Below the pieces are notes generated by a model that saw nothing but the letters and a program-made list of their open reading frames with translations, was not told the origin of the DNA and did no database searches. From IMG/VR virus record IMGVR_UViG_3300036981_000377, positions 1 through 64,000 of that record: DNA of 64,000 nt. One strand, 5' to 3'. Positions 56,912-64,000 of this stretch are shown in pieces; within the stretch, counting starts at the first letter, position 1; every line of letters starts with the position of its first letter. This DNA is from a virus. The position numbers and the translations under genes were made by a program.

Positions 56912-57373
56912 TCAGGAGGACGGGATGGGTAATCTGTCTTTCAACTTGCGCAATGTGACGAAATCTACAAATTTAATTTGCTGCGTTTCACTATTCACCT
57001 CGACAACAAACCATTGAAAATTACAACAAGCTTCTACCCAGTCCGAGTAAATTGGGATTACTTCCATAAATGGTTCGCTGCCCGCAAGCGCGCGACAATG
57101 TTTTATGCACGCTTCAGCGCCGTCGTCATTGTTATCAGGATCGCAATCTTCGGCATATGCGTGATATCTGTGTTCGGAAGCTATTAAGTCGTACGGTTGT
57201 CCGTTGCTTAAAATATAGATACCAGCGTTGTCGTCTAGCACAAACGTCAATCCCGGCGCAGGTTTTTCATGGTGATCGCCGGGGCTGCAGCCCATGTACC
57301 AATAGCGCGAGCAATTTGCGTGCTGCACACAACGCAAAATTTGCGTAGTTCTAAACCAGCACGCATTTGCCAT
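56912..57373 (-). CDS. DUF3085-like protein
   Basis: PGLTFVLDD.AGIYILSNG...AYAEDCDP. Confidence 0.6.
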   Translation of the reverse strand: MANACWFRTTQILRCVQHANCSRYWYMGCSPGDHHEKPAPGLTFVLDDNAGIYILSNGQPYDLIASEHRYHAYAEDCDPDNNDDGAEACIKHCRALAGSEPFMEVIPIYSDWVEACCNFQWFVVEVNSETQQIKFVDFVTLRKLKDRLPIPSS

Positions 57374-57867
57374 TAGAGCTCATACTCATATTCAGAGTGT
57401 TCACTGTGCTCAAAGCGTTGCTCGTGCTCAACTGTTACTCTTTTTTCTGGAATTACTATGCGAACGACGCCCCACCCGCCGTCGTTGTTTTCAAAACCAG
57501 AGGGCAACAAACGCCAGACAGCGTCTTTTAGTTTTGTAGCTAAATTTTCTGGCACAAAACCGTCAAATTTGTCATCAAGCGCGGTTCTATAGTCAATGTA
57601 ATCAACGGCGCCTTGATCGCCGCTGCCGCTGTAATCTATTTGCACGCTATACACGCCTAGCAAAAATAGCTCTGGGCATATTTTTGCAATTTCTTTTTTG
57701 GCGTTATCCGTGGCGGTCTCTATTTGTTTTTTGTAGTTTTTGAAAACTTCGTCAATATCTAATGACACAACAGTGTGAACCGGCGCTACAAAAGCTTTTA
57801 CTTTTTTACCGGTTTTCTTTTTAGCCTTTTTCTTAACAGCTTTTTTAACTGTTTTCTTTTTTGCCAT
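57373..57867 (-). CDS. DUF6878-like protein with Lys-rich N-terminus
   Basis: YSGSGDQG...GFENNDGGWG. Confidence 0.7.
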   Translation of the reverse strand: MAKKKTVKKAVKKKAKKKTGKKVKAFVAPVHTVVSLDIDEVFKNYKKQIETATDNAKKEIAKICPELFLLGVYSVQIDYSGSGDQGAVDYIDYRTALDDKFDGFVPENLATKLKDAVWRLLPSGFENNDGGWGVVRIVIPEKRVTVEHEQRFEHSEHSEYEYEL

Positions 57868-57880
57868 AGTTATAGTCCTG

Positions 57881-58405
57881 TTAATAGGAAGCGTAGACAG
57901 TGCACGGTTTGCCGGTCTTAGCTTCTTTTAGTTCTGCTAGCGTCACAAAATCCCGAAAAGACTGAATGACAGCGTTCACGAGTTCTTCGCCGTCTTCAGG
58001 ATAAAGGCTCAGACAGCGCTCGCGTACAGCTTCTTCTACCGTCATTGGGGTAGTCTTGCCCGACGCGGTAAATTTTGGCGTAACTGCGGTTCGGCCTATT
58101 TTTTCGCTCATTTCTGTTAAAAGCGCGATTAACATCATTGAGGTGTTGTGACCGCCATCGCAGTCCATAGCCGGCTCTGTAACATTTGTAAGTCGTTCTC
58201 GCATAACGGCTGCTGGGATCTGCGCCTGACAGTCCTCGGCCTCGAACGCTTCCCGCACTAGAATCTTGGTGGCGTAAGGTCCGCCGTGATACGCCTCGCG
58301 CAGATAACCTACGGCACCGCTGGTCGTAGAAAATCCGCAATCGGTTTGCTTCTTCTTGTCTTTTTTAGACTGTCGCTTCCACTTAAGATAGATATCAATT
58401 CCCAT
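57881..58405 (-). CDS. Conserved phage hypothetical protein
   Basis: MGIDIYL...GYLREAYHGGPY; start set at ATG 58405. Confidence 0.65.
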   Translation of the reverse strand: MGIDIYLKWKRQSKKDKKKQTDCGFSTTSGAVGYLREAYHGGPYATKILVREAFEAEDCQAQIPAAVMRERLTNVTEPAMDCDGGHNTSMMLIALLTEMSEKIGRTAVTPKFTASGKTTPMTVEEAVRERCLSLYPEDGEELVNAVIQSFRDFVTLAELKEAKTGKPCTVYASY

Positions 58406-58421
58406 GATTCCCTTTCTGCGT

Positions 58422-58460
58422 AAAAAGAAAGAGGGCGCCGGGTACAAACCCAGCGCCCTC
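58422..58460 (-). terminator. Rho-independent terminator
   Basis: GAGGGCGCUGGG...CCCGGCGCCCUC followed by UUUCUUUUU. Confidence 0.75.
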
Positions 58461-58494
58461 CGTGGCGTCATTTCTCGCCCGCGTTAAACGTCGC

Positions 58495-58830
58495 TTACCG
58501 ACGAACCGGCTTCACGACCGTCCGCGTAGTCTTGCGCACTACCTTGCCGCCGAAAAGGCGGTTACGGCAGCTCTCAGACGACTGCGAATTGGCACTGTAC
58601 AGCCGTGAGTTGCCGCACTGATCGCCAACGCAAATCAGCTGCGGACCGCTCGAGCAATTACCGTCGCAGCAACCACCATTGCACGGGGCGGCAGCTGCTT
58701 CCTTGTTGACCAGCACGCTCTGTGGCTCCGAACCACCGAACGAAACACCGGCCGTCAGAACCACGAACGCAAACGTAAAAACAGAACGCATAGTAGAGTC
58801 CTCAAAAACCAAAAGAAACGTTGCTGACAT
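58495..58830 (-). CDS. Secreted Cys-rich small protein
   Basis: Signal peptide from MRSVFTFAFVVL; Cys clusters; RLFGGKVVRKTTRTVV tail. Confidence 0.6.
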   Translation of the reverse strand: MSATFLLVFEDSTMRSVFTFAFVVLTAGVSFGGSEPQSVLVNKEAAAAPCNGGCCDGNCSSGPQLICVGDQCGNSRLYSANSQSSESCRNRLFGGKVVRKTTRTVVKPVRR

Positions 58831-58850
58831 ATCCGTATGCCCGCAATTTG

Positions 58851-59243
58851 CTACTTAGCAGCGCTTTGGATAAAAGCTGTGCAAAATCCAAAGATACCTT
58901 GTAGCTCCTCAACATAGGGCGCTCGGCCCCATTCTCTTTGGTACGTGCGCTCAATCCTTTGACGCGCGCGTTCCAGTAATTGCTTGTGGATCAGGTCTAT
59001 CTCGTCGTCCAAGACAGGCTCTCCCATGAACGCCCTTTGGACGGCGTCTTTATAGCTGGGGTCCGTGAGTTTATCAAGCATCGTACCCACGACCTTGTCC
59101 AGAATATCTGCGGGCTCATCGCCGTTGTAGTAATTTTCTGGAGAATCTTTGCCGGGCATGTGATTCTCTAGAACTGCTCCGTCACTACCGCGCGAAGACC
59201 AATTGATTCCACCAGTCGCACCATCGATTCGCCACCAACCCAT
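58851..59243 (-). CDS. Hypothetical protein
   Basis: MGWW...GDEPADI...WGRAP..EEL. Confidence 0.65.
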   Translation of the reverse strand: MGWWRIDGATGGINWSSRGSDGAVLENHMPGKDSPENYYNGDEPADILDKVVGTMLDKLTDPSYKDAVQRAFMGEPVLDDEIDLIHKQLLERARQRIERTYQREWGRAPYVEELQGIFGFCTAFIQSAAK

Positions 59244-59331
59244 GATTCCCTCTGCTAGTTTGCGTGTTTAACGTAGTTTACCACCTGTGCGCAGCTCGGG
59301 AGGGCCAGAGCGACCCTCCCGAGCGTTTGAA

Positions 59332-62300
59332 TTAGTCCGCTGTTACGTCAACAAGGTTCTTCTCTTTGTGGAGAGCATTGCGCAAGAACCGCACGATTTG
59401 CGGGAGGCACTGCCTTACCGTCGAGAGAAAGACTATGTTATCTTTGCCGTATTGTTCCTCGAATGCGGGGTAGTCGTATTCGGGAACGCCGACAGCAAAC
59501 GCGTAAGTCGGTATTTTCAAACGATTGCGTACAAATGAACAAACGCTCGTTACATGCTTTTTAGCTTCGTCACCGGCATATCCGGAGCCGTGAGGTAACC
59601 CGTCGGAAATCACAAATAGATATTTACGCTTAGCTGGATCTTTATCGAGCAGCTTTGCCGTTTCTTTAATAGCGTAACCGTCGTAATTGTTTGCGTGCGC
59701 GGCAATTGACCCTAATCCGTCAAGATTAGCGCTAGCTGCCGGCCCGTAAGAGCTGTAGTGCTCGAACAATACGAGGTCTGCTTGGCTTGCCTGATTTGCG
59801 GTATGCCCGTAAATATGCAAGTGCACGCCATCAATTTTCTTAACGGCTTCGGCCAGCAGTACGCACATTTCTCGCGCCTGCTCGATCTTGCCGCCCGACA
59901 TACTGCCCGATTGATCAACGAGAATACCCACGGCCACGTCTGGCAACTTAGTGATCAGCTTCTGCGACCAGATATGCTCAGAGTCATACCTTAGTTTATG
60001 CAGACTGCCTTCGTCTAAGTCACCGGACAGCATCCCGTGAACCTCGCCTGTTCGCTTAGTTCCTTGAAAACGCAGCGCGCTACGGATTTTCTCGATAGCC
60101 GCCTTGTTTTTTGTCCTTATTGCGTGCGTTATTGCCCGCCAAGGAGTTGTATTTTTAAGCGGCGGTTTAACCCGCAATTTTGGCTTTGTGGAATCTGCGT
60201 TATCCAAGTAAGCCACATACTCTTCCTCGGCGGCGTTGCGCGCTTCATCGTTAACCTGTGTAAGCGCTTCGCCGTTTAAAATCTTAGTTTTTCGCTCAAC
60301 CGTTTCACCGAAGAGCTGTTCGTCAACCGGGCTCAGCTTGGCGAGATCGTCAAACTTTTCGCGGAGCATTTTGCCTAAATTTTTTGCGTCATCGGCGTCG
60401 TCAGCGTGGTTAGCAGCTTTTGCTTTTTCTGCTGCGTTTAACTCGTCTAACAGCTCTTGCGAAGACATCCCAAGCCCGGCGGCGGTTGCTTCAAATTTTG
60501 TTTTTACGGCTTCGTCTAAACGCCCAGCAGCTGCTGGCATGCCGGTATTTTCAAACATTTTGCGCAGAATCTCAAATAGTTCTGGATTTGCCGCCGCTGC
60601 TGTCGTGGCTTGAAATCCGGCGTCTGACATAGCCTCCTGCGCCATAAAATTATCAATAGCGCTTTCGTGCCATGAGTCTATTTTTGCCGCGTCGCCTCTT
60701 TCAAAATTGTAGTGACCACTTGCGGCGTCGTTTATGAAATTTTGAAAAGGCCAAGAACGACCACCTGATCGAGAAATTCGATCTGTTGTTGACCGACACT
60801 CGCCGAGGCCTTCAGCAAATCTTCGCCGCGAACTGCTACAAAAAGATTGCAGCCCAGAAGCTGTTTTGCCAATGGTTGCTGTTTTATTTTGGAGCTCTTC
60901 TACGTTACTTTTAACTTGCGCTAAATTTGCTAGTTTACTGTCGGTAAGCTTTGCGATTAGTTCTGCAGTTTCGATTACATCTGCCACCTCGCTAAATTTT
61001 TCAGCTGTTTCTTGCAATTTTGCGCGGCAGTCATGCGCTTGTTGTTTAATCGCCTCTAGCAGGTTTTGCGTATTCGGCATCTCATCTGCAATTTTTTGCA
61101 ACGCCGCTGCGGCTCGCTCCCGAGAAACCCGCATTTCGTCTTTAACCAGCTTGCTAGCTTCTTTGATAAAATTGCGAAGATCTGCTGCCTGTTTTTTGAA
61201 TCGTTCAGGCGCCGGTATTTCAGCATACTTTTCTTGAAAAATATCTTGTTTGACGCCTGCTTTGTTTAAATCTGTAATTTGTGCGTCAAAATGCGCGATG
61301 GTCTGCTCTAGCGTTCTTTGCCAATAACGTATGTCGTTCTCTGGAGTTTTTACCTCCGCGGCGGACTCAAAACGTTTAGCAGACTCTCGTAAATTTTTAA
61401 GCAATTTTTCTTTGTACTTTGTGTTGTACAAATCTTTTTCAATATTTTCTAGCTCGTTCAGCGCATCTGTATTAGCGGAAGCGCCAACTCTATTTTCATA
61501 AAGCCCGTCTAGCAAATCGGCAAAATCTCCCATGTTGTTACGCATGGTTTCTGCGTCTTCTGCTGAACAGCTTTTTTCTTTCTTGATCTTCTCGAGCATT
61601 TCTTCAAGGCCGGCTGTAAGCGCGTTTTCGAACGCTCCGCTTTCGGGCTCGCCTTTTGCTGCAAGATGCTTGCGCAGGTCGGCAATAAGCAGCTGGCACG
61701 CCGGCAATATTTCATCATGCTCGAGCTTGTCGCCCAAGTTCTTTTCTACGATACCGTTAATGTCTGCCGCGATCGCAATTTCGCTTTCGTCGGCAATCAT
61801 GTTGTAGGCAATTCTGGCTACGAGTGTCTCCACTGAAATTTCGTCTGCCTCCAGCTTTTCGCGAGTTGTCGCAAATTGCTTGGCGTGGCGGACAAAATAC
61901 GGAGCAAAACCACCCCAGTCAGTTACTACCTCGCGGCGACAGAGTCTGGTTAGCAAGCTCTTTGCAAGCACGCCAGCCAAATAGCTGTCGATAAATTCCG
62001 CTGAAATATTCTTGGCGTCTTCGCTGGCCAAGGCCGACGACGCGGCTGCTTCACGAACTTTGGCAGCCAACGCACTCGGCAATGTTTGAATTGACAGCTT
62101 GTTGATTTTAGTGATCACCTTTTGCGCGACAGACTGAGAAATCTGTACTCGTAAAAGTACAAACCCGGTCAGCGCGTCAATTACGGCGTCCTCTTCGTCA
62201 ACAGTCTTAGTGCCGACCAATTTGTCAGGAGATACAAAAATTGCTCGCTTTTTGCCGTCGAGCAAATTGGCCGTAACACCATTGCTGTCGGTGCCGTTGC

Positions 62301-62709
62301 TAAATTGCACGTCGTAGCTAATTTTCTTACCAGCATCTACCAGCGTATTTGCGTTGCGCGTTAGAACACGCAGCGCTCGAATAGCTTTATTTTTAGCTTC
62401 GTTGTCGCCGGAAGAGGCATAACGCGCAAATCCAACAAATGAACTACGAAACAAACTACTCGGCGAATAATCGCTGTACTTGCTGTATTTGAAACTGCTT
62501 TGGCGGTACCAAGAATCGGCTGAGTCGTCAAAAGCTCTTTTGTAAGAAAAGCTGTCGGCGTTATACCTGTCTTGGTCAGAACTTTTTTCGTCATCATCGT
62601 GAAACTGCCCCCACCAACCAAGATTTTCACTAGACTTTTTATCGTCTTTGTCGTCATCTTGGTCTTTGATCGGGTCGTCCCACTCAGACCTAAAAGATTC
62701 CCAGCCCAT
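59332..62709 (-). CDS. Large vWA (MIDAS) domain protein, CobT-like partner of the AAA+ ATPase
   Basis: SGDLD, ILVDQSGSM (DxSxS), NYDG, VISDGLP; long helical middle. Confidence 0.85.
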   Translation of the reverse strand: MGWESFRSEWDDPIKDQDDDKDDKKSSENLGWWGQFHDDDEKSSDQDRYNADSFSYKRAFDDSADSWYRQSSFKYSKYSDYSPSSLFRSSFVGFARYASSGDNEAKNKAIRALRVLTRNANTLVDAGKKISYDVQFSNGTDSNGVTANLLDGKKRAIFVSPDKLVGTKTVDEEDAVIDALTGFVLLRVQISQSVAQKVITKINKLSIQTLPSALAAKVREAAASSALASEDAKNISAEFIDSYLAGVLAKSLLTRLCRREVVTDWGGFAPYFVRHAKQFATTREKLEADEISVETLVARIAYNMIADESEIAIAADINGIVEKNLGDKLEHDEILPACQLLIADLRKHLAAKGEPESGAFENALTAGLEEMLEKIKKEKSCSAEDAETMRNNMGDFADLLDGLYENRVGASANTDALNELENIEKDLYNTKYKEKLLKNLRESAKRFESAAEVKTPENDIRYWQRTLEQTIAHFDAQITDLNKAGVKQDIFQEKYAEIPAPERFKKQAADLRNFIKEASKLVKDEMRVSRERAAAALQKIADEMPNTQNLLEAIKQQAHDCRAKLQETAEKFSEVADVIETAELIAKLTDSKLANLAQVKSNVEELQNKTATIGKTASGLQSFCSSSRRRFAEGLGECRSTTDRISRSGGRSWPFQNFINDAASGHYNFERGDAAKIDSWHESAIDNFMAQEAMSDAGFQATTAAAANPELFEILRKMFENTGMPAAAGRLDEAVKTKFEATAAGLGMSSQELLDELNAAEKAKAANHADDADDAKNLGKMLREKFDDLAKLSPVDEQLFGETVERKTKILNGEALTQVNDEARNAAEEEYVAYLDNADSTKPKLRVKPPLKNTTPWRAITHAIRTKNKAAIEKIRSALRFQGTKRTGEVHGMLSGDLDEGSLHKLRYDSEHIWSQKLITKLPDVAVGILVDQSGSMSGGKIEQAREMCVLLAEAVKKIDGVHLHIYGHTANQASQADLVLFEHYSSYGPAASANLDGLGSIAAHANNYDGYAIKETAKLLDKDPAKRKYLFVISDGLPHGSGYAGDEAKKHVTSVCSFVRNRLKIPTYAFAVGVPEYDYPAFEEQYGKDNIVFLSTVRQCLPQIVRFLRNALHKEKNLVDVTAD

Positions 62710-62713
62710 TTAT

Positions 62714-63988
62714 TTAAGCTCCCTTCTTTGTCGCCTGCGCGGCTGCCCTGGCTGCAAGCAAGTCGCCGAACTTGCCCTGAATAATGTTCTGCACGCGAAC
62801 ACGCTCGCTATCATCGTCGCCGTCCGACGAGAAATGATTGCTGATCGTGAAAGTCAAAGTTTCTACGCCACCGATAGCGAAGTCGTGCGCGGCAGCGATA
62901 AGCTGACGTGTCGACATGCTTTCGGTAAGGGAGGCAGACAGTCCACAAGCGTCCTGCCGAATCTTATTAGCCATACCCACAAGGCGGCTGGCAATGTCTT
63001 CATTGACCCCGACGCGCTTAACGAGAAGCTTGATCTCGTCAGCCTCGCCCAGATACGTCAGTTCGACAACGCGCGGAAAGCGGTCGCGAATGGCGCGGTC
63101 GAGAGCCGATGTACCCGTGTAACCAGCGCCTTCGTTCATAGACGCAAAGAACACAGTACCCGGACCGACCATAATCTTATCACCCTTCTCCTCGAGATAC
63201 GTAAAACGACGAGCGTCGAGCAGCGGCATTAACGTATTGAGCAGGTGCGGATTAGCACGATTGAGCTCGTCGAGCAGGACGACGTGGTTACCAGCCTCGA
63301 CAGCCTTTACGAACTGACTCTCGTGCCAATAGACCGTACCGTCCCGAGCCGTCTTGTAGCCGAACCAATCACGAGCCTCGCGGAGATTGGCGCAGTCCAT
63401 GATCAGCAGCGGCAGGTTAAGCCGAGCCGCAAACTGGATGGCTAGCTCAGTCTTACCGCAGCCGTGAGGGCCGATTAAGTTAATGTTCTGCGGGCAGTTC
63501 TTTCTGGAAATCTGCAGAATCTTGAAAAGTTGAGCGACCTGCTCGTTGATGATGTAGGTTTCGTCAGGCTTAGGCAGAAATACGCCGTTGGATTCTGCCT
63601 CGTCGCGAGTATCGGCAGTAACATCTTTAACCTTTAATTCAGGCTTTTCGGCAGTGCCAGAAAGCCGGCCAAAACCAAAACTTACTGTGGCTGTCGCCAT
63701 GCTCTTGTCTTCTGGTTCCTCAAGTACTTCGGTTGCAGTGACGTTCTCAATCTCCGGCCGCGGTCCGTCGGCGTCGCGGCTCGACCAGCCAACGCCGGCC
63801 GGGGTTGCGCTTAACACACTATTAAGCAATTTTTTGTTGTTGTTGACAATTTCAGCAATTTGTTCGATATAGCTAAACCCGTCAGGCATTGCCCGCAAAA
63901 GAGCTAAAGGCTTATTAAGGCCCTCAGCAATAGCGCGCAGCTGCACGCTCATGCTTTTAGGCAGGCTGTCAAAATATTCTCCGGGCAA
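62714..63988 (-). CDS. MoxR/CbbQ/CobS-type AAA+ ATPase (start uncertain; frame is open to the right edge)
   Basis: GPHGCGKT, LLDELNRA, ASMN, ALDRAIRDRF, STRQL. Confidence 0.9.
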   Translation of the reverse strand: MPGEYFDSLPKSMSVQLRAIAEGLNKPLALLRAMPDGFSYIEQIAEIVNNNKKLLNSVLSATPAGVGWSSRDADGPRPEIENVTATEVLEEPEDKSMATATVSFGFGRLSGTAEKPELKVKDVTADTRDEAESNGVFLPKPDETYIINEQVAQLFKILQISRKNCPQNINLIGPHGCGKTELAIQFAARLNLPLLIMDCANLREARDWFGYKTARDGTVYWHESQFVKAVEAGNHVVLLDELNRANPHLLNTLMPLLDARRFTYLEEKGDKIMVGPGTVFFASMNEGAGYTGTSALDRAIRDRFPRVVELTYLGEADEIKLLVKRVGVNEDIASRLVGMANKIRQDACGLSASLTESMSTRQLIAAAHDFAIGGVETLTFTISNHFSSDGDDDSERVRVQNIIQGKFGDLLAARAAAQATKKGA

Positions 63989-64000
63989 TGTGTTTAGAAC

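Noticed and set aside
59294-59324. GC hairpin after the vWA gene as an intrinsic terminator
   Set aside because: Strong stem but no U-tract on the minus strand; it may be a stability hairpin and was left uncalled.
1-64000. Plus-strand ORFs in the ORF track (e.g. 13792..14571, 11768..12367, 62648..63232)
   Set aside because: Nearly all are antisense shadows of well-supported minus-strand genes and have no recognisable motifs.
1-64000. CRISPR array, TIGR array or GGY-NN periodic array to go with the RAMP and Nop-like genes
   Set aside because: No regularly spaced repeats were seen in any intergenic gap by eye. A short GGTTA-GGTCA run near 38827 is only two units. An array could lie outside the window.
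1-64000. Stop-codon reassignment
   Set aside because: Long genes are uninterrupted under the standard code, and TAA, TGA and TAG all end genes.

Overview
This window is a segment of a large dsDNA tailed-phage genome, probably a jumbo-type phage. A Planctomycetota host is a tentative inference. Essentially every credible gene lies on the minus strand and the genes are tightly packed. Reading in the direction of transcription (right to left): (i) a MoxR-type AAA+ ATPase with a vWA partner; (ii) about 23 kb of accessory genes, including small DUF proteins, a MazG-like enzyme, ADP-heptose genes hldD and hldE, an HTH fused to a deoxyhypusine-synthase-like domain, a DEDDh exonuclease, tRNA-Gln, a tRNA-like ncRNA and a family of small ORFs sharing a C-terminal module; (iii) a replication/recombination operon with SbcD/SbcC, an SF2 helicase, a DnaB-like helicase, primase, UDG-fused family A polymerase, a putative SSB, RecA and RuvC; (iv) portal, glycosyltransferase, degenerate HD protein, thymidylate kinase and tail-fibre-like genes, the last running off the left edge. 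The most unusual feature lies inside the replication operon, between sbcC and the SF2 helicase. Two adjacent genes there resemble RNA-guided effector folds: an IS110/Nop-domain-like protein with no transposon ends, and a stand-alone Cas7/RAMP-like protein. No CRISPR or other guide array is adjacent, but two candidate structured RNAs lie about 6 kb upstream. All family assignments come from motif recognition by eye; no searches were run.
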